A DNA stretch of 64,000 nt from positions 63,984,001 to 64,048,000 of the forward strand of contig CM060732.1 of assembly GCA_030704615.1 (NCBI GenBank), given 5' to 3'. The translations under genes were made by a program, and so were the position numbers. The stretch comes from Takakia lepidozioides. Taxonomy: Eukaryota > Plantae > Bryophyta. This document shows, in pieces, positions 51,085 through 63,200 of the stretch; within the stretch, counting starts at the first letter, position 1, and each line of letters starts with the position of its first letter. The notes below the pieces were generated by a model. That model had not been told where the DNA came from and did not search any database. It saw nothing but the letters and a program-made list of their open reading frames with translations.

Positions 51085-52964
51085 AATTTTAGGACTGCCC
51101 TCTTGATCTGCAGTTTAGAGGCAGATTGAAAGCCCTCGTTGGCATCGAGGGAAAAGATTCCACAGCCATATTCGTATGTCATCATGTGCACCAAATTTAG
51201 CCCTAGTATAACTAGCAGGTATGACTTGTGGGTTAGGATGTTTCCTACTGCCTGTTGAATCTGTTTCCTCTGTTTTTGGGGTGAAAAGTGATTGCCTGGT
51301 CTGCACGGCAAAGAGTACTCTTTGCTGGATGGGCTCCTATGCTGCCACCATTCTTACCTGGTTGAGTCTAACAATTGGTTTATATGATGATTTTTTTCTT
51401 GTCTGCATGGAATGCTGCACATGATATTTCAAATGGCTTAAGAACGATAGGCTGATACAATAAAGAGGCTCATATGAAGAGGTTTAGGCCTGTTAGTCGT
51501 ACTAGTGGAGGATTTGGGGATACGGGAGTCACTGCCCTTTGGAATGTGGAACCTGTGGCTGTTGAGGGACGTCAAGGTTTGTTTGAGGTTATGCCACTTC
51601 GAGCCACGCTGTATCCATAATATGCATGTCACTGCTTCCCTTCCCCGTCCTGAAATTTGGGAAGCTACTATGAGAAGATATATGTGAATGTACTAAAAGG
51701 ATAGTTACTTTGGAGACAGTCTTATTCAATTGGCCTTGTCAACAGGACCTCGCGTCTATTCAAGAGGTATTGTGTTTATGGCTTGGGTCATGTGTTAACC
51801 TTTGTCTGTGCCTGTATCTCTGTTCCACTTCCATGCTTTCATCATCTCTCTCTTTTCTGCTCAGAATTGTTCCTCGGGTTTTCGGGAACGTCTAGGTTGC
51901 AGCACCCCGGCGTCCTGTGTGGGTCAAGTACAACGCATCCCAGAAAGGAAGCATGGCTGTGGAAGTCCTTGGAATGGTAAGATGTGGTAGCTACATGATT
52001 ATAATAGATATAGCGGAGCTCCATGGGTCATCATCATGCTGTATCCCACTTCAGATGCTTCTAATCCAATGATTGCCAACCTTCAAAATTTGTGGCACAT
52101 GGTAATGACTAATCTCAGTTTTGCAGCCTAATTGTCGACCAAAAGTGTACATCATTTTAAGCTTCATTTTTCTATATTTTGTTGCTTCACAACCACTACG
52201 TTTATGGTCATGTTTTGATATGACACCCATCCTATGGTGAGTGGCTGTGAGCCTTCACTGACCCTTGACTGACCCTTCACTTGTAGGCCATTACTGCTTC
52301 ATATAAGAGCTACTTAAAAGCCGCAAATGTTCTGCAGTATACACAACAGTGGTTTCTTAACAATTTGAACTTATGCCCGCGATCATTATCCAGTAGACAG
52401 TTCATATCCATGAAAATGGTTGGATGAGGACACCAAGCCTGGACATTGCCATGCACTGCCTACATACCTGGTTTTGCGAAAATGATGAATTGCGGTTGGT
52501 TGTATCAGCTCATAAAGAGGAGCCCTACTTATAAGTCATCTTTCCACCTCAATGCGTACACTCACCATTAAACATGGTATTACCATCGGTCCACACTCAG
52601 CCGTATACCAGTGGGTAGCAGTTGGTCTCCCTTCTATCTGCTCCAATTAAGATGTCCTTGCCCAGCAGCACATCTGTGTTCTCCATTGAATAGTTAGGGA
52701 GCTTAGTCGAGGGCCTCAAACGGATAACTGACCTACAAAATCGCTCATCAGTGCACAAGTAGATGGCATAACATGGGTGTTAGTTGTTACAGTCCTTGAG
52801 TTAGGAAGAGTAGGGTTTGTAGGGGTTTCAACACCATTCCTTTGCGATCATCAAGCGTGTCCCCCTTCCCCCTTCGTCCCTAGAGTCAGTATCATTATCG
52901 GTTTCCATCTCTTCTCAGGCCAAAATCAAAGTGCATTGATTGGAAGACACATGAGAAGTGATCA

Positions 52965-55900
52965 TCACAATCTCACTGCAACATTGGTGATGCCTTTGGC
53001 TTGCTCTCTCTCTGCTTTGGCTTTCAAGTGCACTTGAGTCCGAATCTGCAGAGCAGCAAGCTCCTGTATGTTCTCATGTGCTTTGGCACACATGCGGTCC
53101 AAAGCTAGTATTGGGAAGGGCTCCTCTATAAGCACTCCCACCTGTCAAAGCAATGCAAATGCACCACAGATTTCAAATTTTGAATGACAGGTCTTGACCT
53201 TCTCAGGATTGAGTGTGATAGACTGTACTGTCTGCTGACCACTGAAATACTCCCTTGCGCCAAAGAACATGCAAGCAGTTGGCATGCAGTATGCATTGAA
53301 TTGTTAGGGTAATCTTTGCACTGCACAAGAAAATGAGGTCTAGACTGCACAATTACCTCCTCAATGCAAAAGAGCGAAGCTGCGCTGAAGAAAGTGGCTG
53401 GGATGACCATCCATTTGCATTCATCCCACAAAACAAGTGGTAGAGTGATATGCCACAGCACCAGAAAGCGTGATGTCAGGCGGGTGTATGAGAGTGGAAT
53501 TGGTGTTCGGATCAGGCGTTCACATACACTAATGCTTTCATTAAACTGCGATATGTTGGCATCCTGCAGTCATCCAATTAGGGCAACCTCTTTGAATGAA
53601 AAAAATATTCAGCAGTGTACTCCTCTTCTAAGACCTGTTGCATGCACTTCCTGAGACGGAGTATTCTAGATGCTCAATAACACACTGGAGTGATATTCAT
53701 CTCTATATTCTATTGCTACTGACGAGGTGGGTTAGTCAACCCTCTTGTGTCAAGACCGTACTCTAAACTAAAACTATGCCCTGATTCTTATGTCCATCTG
53801 ACAAGCCTGAAGTCTTTGACAACAGACATGTCCCTCTTCAAGTTTTTTATCCCCCTTGTGAGGTCACCTCTAAGCAAGCAAAGACCATTCAGGGGCTGTC
53901 ACCAAACATAATCAATATGAAGGCCTAGATATGCAGAGCTTTTCTTCTATGACTGTCATGATATCTTCACAGACATAACCTTCCAATCAATCCAAGGATT
54001 ATGCAAAAAAGGGTTATGTCCCTCACCAGAAGGCTTCTTTCATTATCCTGCAATTGCACGCGTCTCAGGGACTGGGTCATGAGTTGAATGAGACAGTTAG
54101 GACGATGCTCCGAGCTCATTACAATGGCCAGGTCATCTTCCTCCAGCACTTCCTCTAATTCTTGTGCCACCTCTGAACCATACAGTAGATGACACTGCAA
54201 GGTACACCACAAAAAATTGCTCTCATGAGACAACACACATAAATTCACTGTCTATTCAACTTTGCTTGTCCATCCATCCAGCCTCCTTTCCATCCCCTGA
54301 CAGCTCCCTCCCGCTATATCTCTGTCAAGACCATTGCCACATTTGTACAGTGCCAGCCCTCATGCATGCAGCTAAAAAACTGAGCTCTTCCTTATTACTA
54401 TCTAAGTGTAAAGCTTGAGGTCAAGATAGATTCCAATTGAGCCTGTCATGAAAGTGTCTTTCCTCTGGGGGTTGTGCCCCTTCCAAACAGATTTTCAGGT
54501 CAGTAACAACATCCATATTCTGACTAATATGTAGTAGACCACTCAGCTGCTTTTGGGAGATCTGCTGTTTGAAAATCCTTGCTAGGTTTGGATTGGCTGG
54601 GTTAGTGGTGTATGATTTGCTGCTTACTGTGCATTCCACGTGAGGCACTGGAGGTGTAGACCTTAGGCCTTGCTGAACATGGCCCTGAACCACGTGCAGA
54701 ATGAAGTTACCATTAGTTCTCCGAAACCCGTTCACCCTTCTCGTTAGATTCACAACAAGTCTAGACAGTCCCAGCTTCTCATGGCAGCCATGTAAGCAGC
54801 CTTCACATGCTTTTGAAACTTTGAAGTCTACATTCACTTTCCTGATCATGTTTTTAGATTTCCTGTTGAACTTAGATCAACCTACTGGTTTGGCCTGGAT
54901 GCAATTACATGTGATGTCATTTTAATCATGCACCTGAACAGTGACTACTATCTTGGAAAATTTTGAAGTTTTCATGCCACAGCTACAGATGTTCACAGCA
55001 ACGGTGAAGTGAAAAGCTTGAGAGCAGATGACTTACCTTCAGAGCCACAGGAAAGGCGAGGATGTAGTGCAGCAGAATAAATTTCTGGTCAGAGTCTAAC
55101 GGGTGTTCAATCCACGCCAGGGATTGCCGGGCAAAGTCCTTGGCGCTACTGATCACTTTGGTCCAAGTTTTACGTGCCTCATCATATCGAGAATATGAGG
55201 CCTCCGTTCGAAACACCAGTAATAAGGCCAGGGCAGGCGCAGTCAACTCGTACGGACGAGATGATGCGTGCAAGAGAGGAATGAATGAGGGTAGCCACCC
55301 CGCCTCAATCAAACTATTATATTCGGCGACCACTGCTGCGATGGCTGTGACCGTGCAAACAGGGGGAATCAAAGAAATGATTACACGGGACGATAAACTT
55401 GACAAAAAATGGCGAGCATGCCTTGTTGAGCTTCGGTGGCGCAGCCAGTCATCGTGATCGTAGAATGTTCGCCGCTTACGCATCCCCTTCTCTGTTTGAG
55501 CATCCGCCCACGCAGGAATCCTGCTCAGGAGCTCCACCACATTGAAGGTAATAAACCCCGGGGATGCTGGAGGTGAGGGAGTGGTCATTCGGACTTGATC
55601 CATGTCTGAAACAGAGGTCGTTCTCCTTTTGTCTGTCTTTGCGGCCGGGTTAAAGCATCCATTTTCCTTATCCGGACTCGACGAAAATCGCTTCCTCTCC
55701 GCAGTCTTCAGCTGTCCGAATTTTGACACATCTCGTGCTCCCGAGTTCCTCTGCTTGCTTAAAATCTGACTCAGCGTTTTTCCAGATGAACGTTTTTCCA
55801 AACGTGAGCTCTTCGGAGCATGAGAAACCAGCACCTGACGTAAATTGTTCGATCCCAGGAACTCTGACTTCCTCACACACCTCGTACCAATGTTCCCGCG

Positions 55901-56056
55901 CCCTTGGATAGAAGTAGACTGTCTTATTATTGAATACACCTCCAAATGTCGTGAGAAATTCCTTCCACAGATCAGCTGTGAGGAATGAGGTTCCGATGGT
56001 ATAGCGGCACCACTACAAATACTCCCAAGCCCCTGACCACGCATCATAACAGACAT
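52965..56056 (-). CDS. VCCN: Bestrophin-like thylakoid voltage-dependent chloride channel (VCCN/BEST, UPF0187), 4 exons
   Basis: Exons 56056-55037, 54194-54027, 53563-53357, 53141-52965. Motifs DWLRHRSSTRH, LALLLVFRTEASYSRYDEARKTW, HRPNC, CERLIRTPIPLSYTRLTSRFL, IEEVGVLIEEPF. Transit-peptide-like Ser/Arg-rich N-terminus. Confidence 0.93.
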
Positions 56057-56417
56057 GAGAGACACAGAGCTGAAAGGCCTCAATAATCACCCGGACGCGC
56101 ATCCGTTAACTTCCGCACTCGCTCCTCCCATCTCAAGATATCAAATGTCGACATGGATGACCTCACCAGCACTGTCCATTAATTTCAACCATGCTGAATG
56201 CAAATTCCCGTCCGATCACCATTTCTGCAACACGACAAGCATCAGCAGGCAGGGAAATGAGCATTGAATCGACTGATCACACAACACCAATTGCCCGCTG
56301 TGCAGGATACAGACGACGCCATAGCAGCTCGGTAGCCATGCACCCGGACACCCGCGGTAATACCGGGCCACCCGGACCCGACCCGCGCCAATTTACTTCG
56401 CCGATTTACACTCGCAA

Positions 56418-56572
56418 ACGCAGTAGGTAGTGAGTCGGTTGGACAAAGTACGATAGTAAGTAAAATCGTAAAATCTGGTTTTTACGCTGGACCTGACCAT
56501 ACTGAACCAGATTTTACGATTTTACTTAAGTTACTATCGTACTTTGTCCAACGGACTCACTACCTACTGCGT
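56418..56572. repeat. Near-perfect long inverted repeat (hairpin)
   Basis: The 63 bp arm 56418-56480 pairs with 56505-56572, with one mismatch and a 5 nt bulge; 24 nt loop. Confidence 0.9.
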
Positions 56573-56588
56573 AAATCCAGCGTAAAAA

Positions 56589-56652
56589 TTAGGTCAGGTT
56601 TGGTTGAGTTAGGTCAGAGGCAGAGGTTAGGTTAGGTTGGGTTAGGTTAGGC
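56589..56652 (+). repeat. Degenerate (TTAGG)n-like pentamer tract
   Basis: ttaggtcaggtttggttgagttaggtcagaggcagaggttaggttaggttgggttaggttaggc. Confidence 0.7.
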
Positions 56653-57231
56653 TAAGGGGGGGATGAACAAGCGTGGGAGGTGCCACGTCTTCAGTACAAA
56701 AGTGCAAAGCGCCGGCGGACAGATGGACGTACATTCAGCTCTGTCGCCACTGGATGACATCATCCATGACCGGATGCGTATTATTCTGTCGTAGGGATGG
56801 ATATAGCGGCAAGTATGGATGAACGTGGTACATGCAGGTGTAATTAGATGAGATGGATCTGCGCAGTCTACGGACTTGAAATAAATGGAGTGGATGTGAT
56901 GCGTCCGTGGATCACTAATATTTTGCACGGCGTATAATTGTTACTGTCCCTCAAAAACTCAACGGCTAAGATGTTTTTCTGGATACCGTCGATCCGTTAA
57001 TTTGGGACGGCTTAGATTCTGTGTAACTAATGTTAGTGTCTTTACCGTCGATTCTAAGAGGTTGGACGGACTAGATTGCATTCCAGGAACGAACTTTTGG
57101 GCTTCTGCAGTGCATCTCTATTTTGTTTGTGCAGAGAGGGAGAGAGAGAGAGAGAGTTTCTGTAGAGAGGGGGGGGGGGGGTGGTGTAGGAGGCAGGCTC
57201 TTGCTGGGGTTGTGTATCTCATGGTTGAATT

Positions 57232-60200
57232 ATGTCGGAGAACAAGGAGAGGACGGTGAAGGCCCTTGACATAATGCAGAAGGAATTGCAGGTTCCACGC
57301 CATGTTGTGGCGCCAATTCTTCGGAACCTTTTGCAGGTGTGCTGGACTGTGTTTTTTGAGGGCGTGTAGGTGTGATCGACCTGATAATAGTTCTGGAATA
57401 TAGTAAAGGGAAAAGCTGCTTGAAAGCTGACTATTCAGCTCCCTTGGTGCTGTACATTTAGATTGTAGCGTTTGTATCAATTATGGTTGTATTGTATTCT
57501 GTAGTGTTTTTTTCATGCTACTGAATTGTTTTGAATCATAACATGAATTGAAGGAAGAATCATGTGGCACGAGGTGTTCTTGTGCATTTGATATGGGCTG
57601 GATGCTATGCATCTTCCTTCTGTCACAGGCATACGAGAGTGAATGGAGGCATATTGAGGCAGACGGCTACCGCGTATTGGCTGATGCTGTCTTCCAACAT
57701 CAGGAGAACGTGGTAAGTTTTCGTGACATTTCTGCAGTCGAAGGGAGCGGCAGTTTTAGTACAAGTTTCAGTGTGATAATGACTACATTACGTTGTTTGG
57801 GTTGTATGCCCCACTCACATGCGGATGCTCCTATTCTCAGTGTCAAAGAGATCGCTGGATTGTACATGCTTCACTATAAGTTATCCTAAGATGTAAAATT
57901 GACATGCTCGATTGGACTTGAAGGTAGTCTTCGTTTCCTTGGGTAGAGTAATGTAACCCGTACACCATTTAATTCATGCAAAAGTCCCATGTACAATTGG
58001 CCCCTCCCAATGCTTTGACTCTCACATATTAAAGCTAGGACCCATCTCATGTCTGCATTAGGGACACTCCACATCTTAGGTTGAAGTTTCAGCGATTGTC
58101 TCTTTCTGAATACCAGTAGAATTTTATTAAGATGGCACATTCGACAGCTGCTTGTAATATAACACACAGGCGGACCTGCAGCGACAGACTTGCACAGGAT
58201 CAAATTAAGGCACTGCAGAGGAAAAATATCTCTTTTCTAACTCTCCTGAGACGCAATTTTTTGATCATTCTCCGGAGATCGCTTCCCATGCCTGTTACAT
58301 TCTTGTTCTTATGGGGTCAACAGAGTGGTGATGTTCCGTCTGCTGCAATGCAATGGAGGAATTAACAGTTACTGGGGTTGTAGGTGTGAAGGAGAAGTAC
58401 CAACTTTGTCTTTTCATGCGAAGGAATTTATGGTCAAGAAATTGCTATCTTTCTCAAAAGGCTCAACTGCTTCCTCTGCAGGCCAAGAAGATGGCACCTG
58501 GATCCTCAGGCAGGAGAGCCAAGAGAACTCGGGAGAGGGCTAAACCTTCCAGAGAAGTGAAACGGAAGGCTCGGCAAGTGGAGAGTGATGAATCCTCAGA
58601 TTCAGGTCTGGAAAGCTCTCAAGGGAATGGCGGTGATGAGAATAATTCCTTCCCTACAGCAATTGCATCTCGAATTCACAATGACAGTGGCAAAACCATG
58701 CAAAACCAACAGTCACTGTCTAGTGCAGCGGAAGCAATCAATGTGCAACAACAAGCTACAGTTTTTGATCCTCGAGAGGCATATCCAATGCGCGGAAGTA
58801 TCCCTAAGGTTGCTGGAGATCGAGTTAGGTGTGCCGCAATTGACAGTGTGGTTGTACAAAAGCCGGCTGTACCGCAGGTCTGTCAACTAGCCTAGAACCT
58901 TACCTGCTGCTGTTTACTACCTGTGAGCATTTGCTGCTGCTTGACTGCTAGGTTCTTATTTCATTCAGCTTCTGATGTGATGTGCATTGGTAACTTTGGG
59001 AGGACCAAAGGAGGGTCTATACCAAACAGAGGATACGCAGACCCGTTGAAGAGGGGTTTGAGTTACTCCTTGGAATGCAGATAATTGATAATGAGGCGTC
59101 ATGTCTGGGATTCCTGCCCTCCCAAAGCTCCTAGCATGCTCCTTGCCTGGGGCCTCTCTCTCTGCTTTTCTGTTTCTCTCCAACGCCTGGAATATCTCAC
59201 GGGATGTACTTGAGATGGGATTGAAGTCAACATTAGTAAGGCTGCAGATGCCCGAAGGGCGGCCCAATTTGGGCCCAGACTGAAGTTCAGACTAGGAGTA
59301 GGTGGCCTACCTCTGCGCAGTGAGGTAACTCAGCTAGGAATAGGCATGGGCATGATTTTCAGGATTGCAAGCATTTTCTGGTGCATTGCAATGGTTATCT
59401 GTCTGAATGAGAGCATAAAAAGAGGATGTTACCCTGCCACTTTTTGCAGTTTGAGAAGCTCAAGATCAAGCTAAAAGCTTTTGTCTTCCTTTGATCTCAA
59501 ATGTGAGGGTGAATAGTTACATCAAGTTTCGGGAGAAAATCTAGTCCCACAATAGGCTTACTTCAGTAGTGGGCCCCTTTCTGCTCTCCTTCCATCCTCC
59601 TCCTGCCTTTCCTCCCTTTCCTGCTACTTGAAAGGGGCACAAGGCTGTGTTAAGCAAAGTCTTTTATTAATACCATCATCTCTGTGTGTGTAATTCAGAA
59701 TATTCGCTTAAATAACTTACTGGGAATTTCTTGCATTTACTTTGCAGGATCAGCACATTCAAGGCAAATCAAAAGAATTGGCATGTATGCAGTGTCTGAA
59801 GCAGGCAGCCGGTTCTACTACAGGCAGCGGGGAAACCCCTGGCAAAGTCAAAGGTCAACCATTAGGCCAGCAATTTCTCCCAGATGTTGCCACCACACTG
59901 GGAGGGGATCATTTTTGTGGATTGACCCTAAAGGAGAAAAGGAGATCTTTGGAAGATCCTGCTTTGACAGGCATGTTCAAGAAACCAAAAATGGAACTGC
60001 CAGATCCTTGTCACATGGGTATAGGACCCTCTCAGTCTGATGTTGTGGAAACTCCCACCTACACCAGCAGATCACAGCCACGGTTACAGGCCGAAAATTC
60101 TCACCCCACAGTTCACCCTATTCGTCAGATAAACGAGCCCCCCGAGACGCAAGGGGGCATGGTTGGACAACCAGCTGATGAGCCAAGTGTGCCGCCACAG

Positions 60201-63200
60201 ATGGTCAGTTCTAGACAACCCTGTTCCTCTCTCTCTTCTCAACAAGTACCAGCTTCTGCTGAAGTCCAACCTCCATGCACAAAGATTCATCCACTGACAG
60301 TAGTGAAGGCTGAACCTGTCTGCCCTGAACATCTGGTAAGTGTATCGCCTGGGACCCAACAAGGCATGGTTGGCCAACCACATGATCAGCCAAGCTTGCC
60401 ATCAGGGATGTTCACTTCCAGACGACCCAATACCTCTCCCTCTTCTCATCAAGTCCTGACTTCCGAAGTAGTCCAACCACTGTGTACAACCATTGCAAAA
60501 GATCATCCACCCACAATTGTGGAGGCTGGACCTGTCTTCCACAAACATCCAGTGAGTGTATGGCCTGAGGCCCAACATGGCTTGGTGCAATCAGTAGATC
60601 AGCCAAGTTTTCCTTCACAGGTGGTTGATTCTAGACAACCCTGTAGTCCACTTGCAGGCGTGAAGGCTGAACCTGTCTTGCATGCATGTCCAGTGAGTGT
60701 ATCACTTGAGACCTACCATGGCAGGGCTGAGTCAACTGATCAGCCAAGCTTGCCTTCACATGTGGTCAGTTCTAGACAACACAGTGCCTCTTTATTTTCA
60801 CCACCGGTGTCGGCTTCCGCAACAGTCCAACATTGTGCACTTAAAGCTGTGAAGGCTGAACCTTTCTGTCAAGAACATCCAGTCATTGAGCAATCAGTTG
60901 GTCTGTTTCAGATGGTCAATTTTAGAGAACCCAGTACCTCTCTGTCTTTTCAGCAAGTGACAGTTTCTGCAGAAGTACAACCTCTATGTGGCCCAATTGC
61001 AAGCAATCCTCCACCCACAAGTGTGAAGGCTGAACCTGGTGGCCATGAGCATCCAGTGAGTGTATCACCTGGGACCCAACAACTCATACCTGGCCATCCA
61101 GTTGATCCGCCAAGTTGGCCTTCACAGATGATCATTTCTGGACAAACCTCTCAGCAAGTTTCTGCACAAGGCCAACCTCTGCCTACCGCAATAAACCCTC
61201 CACACACTCTTGTGAAGGCTGAACCTGTATCCCACGAACATCTGGGGACTGAAACGCCTGGGACCCAAGAAGTCGTGCTTGGGCAAGCAGTAGTTGTGAA
61301 GGCTGAACCTGTATCCCATGAACATCTGGGGATTGTATCACCGGGGACCCAACAATTGATGCGTGGGAAAGCAGTTGAGCAGCCGAGTTTACCTTCACGG
61401 CTCGTTGATTCTGGACAAACCTGCAGCTCTCTCTCTTCTCTGCAAATCCAGCCTCTATGTGTCACCTTTGCACAGCATTATTCACTTATGAAGGCTGAAT
61501 CCGTCTCCAAAGAACATCCGGTGAGTATTGACCCCTGTCCACCTCTGCTGGTTATCTTTTGGTGTTGGAATAAGGTGTTTTTAAACATCTTCAACTAGGG
61601 TTATGAAGCTACCTCCAAAGAAGTCCAAATGATTTATGTCAATGCTTCCAGAGTTTTACAAGTTAGTTGTGTTTCTTCTCAGATGTTTGTTTGCATTGCA
61701 GAATGAAATTGTGGTGAGTATAACAGTGGAACCCGAGGAGATCAAGCAGCTTCAAACTCAGAGAAGCAAAGATGGACATTTCTCTGACATGGCTAGGCCC
61801 CAGCAGGCTGGAATTCCTCTCATGACAAGCACCCCAAGGCAACAAGAATCTAGCAGCCAAGACAAGAAAGAATCTGGTAAGTTTAGCAGGACTTCATGCA
61901 TATTTTTCAGCCTGTTTTTGGATGTGTCAGGAAAATTGTCTGGGAACATGAGGAAAATAGTCGGAATGAAGGCCCCTCAGAATGATCAACCGTTCTTTGC
62001 TACTGAAGAGCCCTGGGGCCCCAGCTACTGGTATGGAGTAGTTCCTTGCTAATTTAACTCTGTATGTTGGATCTAGAAGGTTTTTCTCCCAACTGCCAGG
62101 GAACAATCCAACTTTGACTAACTAATTTTAAAGTATTTCAGGATTTCTTAGTTGCAAGGTTTTGGGTCAGAGGCATCTCCGATTTGGTCTTCCCTTCAGA
62201 TACATTTATAAGGACTTGTTTCTACATATCAATTTAGACGAGCAGAAGTTGCACCAGTTGCCGGTCACCAATTGCTGCAAGTTTGGCTTCTTCAAACTGC
62301 CAGCTCCAAAGTTCATGCAGTAGTCCTCCGGGAAAAGGGGAACAAAGCTAGTAAATTGGTGAACTAAAGTGAATTGAATTCATCTCATAAATGATAGGTA
62401 ACTTTCATGTCTTAAGTACGCTCGGTCATCAGTCTGATATCAAGAGAGATCTATGAAGTTTGTTGAGATTTCATCTAGAACTCCACTGGGAATCAGTGCA
62501 CTCATTGTTCTGCAACTCAGAACTGGCTTAAGATTATTTGATTTTTGCTTGCTTTCCTGAAAACTCCCCTGTGGACTTCCATGCTGCTTTTCATGCTATA
62601 CATATCTCAAGTCCTATTTTGGTGCAGTAATGGTCTACTTGTGATACAGCCCAGCTTTCTTTCAAATTGCGGCATTTGTTGCACACAGACTATTTCTTTT
62701 TGCTAGGTTTATTTAAGTTTGTTAAAAATTGTCAATTTGCCAGGAATTTCACCCGCTGAATTAGGTTCTAGGGGATTGATGAAGGAAAGCATGAAAGCAA
62801 GCCAGAAATGTGACAATGCCCTTTTGGCTCTTGCCATGAATTACATGGAGTTGGGGGAGTTATCAACATCTGCAACAGACTTGCTATCATCAGATAGTGG
62901 GGGCTGCCCAGACTCAACAAAGGCACCAGAGGATGGAAGTGCAAGTATAGCACCAGAATCTGCAGCTCTGACAGGAGGGCGGACAGATCTTAATCTGCAC
63001 ACAGGTGCTGGAGATAGCGGGTTACCATGCAAACGCAAGACTCATATGCAGGTAGTAGACAGCAGTGACATTCAGTCAGCTCTGGATAGAGCTGAAGGAG
63101 GAGGGCCCAAGTGTTCCCAAAAATCAGGCAGACCCCCTAGGAATGGGATTTGTTCATACCGATCGACTCCCTCCCCAAGCACTAGCGGATCAGGTGAAAA

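Noticed and set aside
52965-56056. Bestrophin-like gene as evidence of a pyrenoid CO2-concentrating system
   Set aside because: VCCN/BEST genes are general in land plants, the host species is unknown, and no other CCM genes are in the window.
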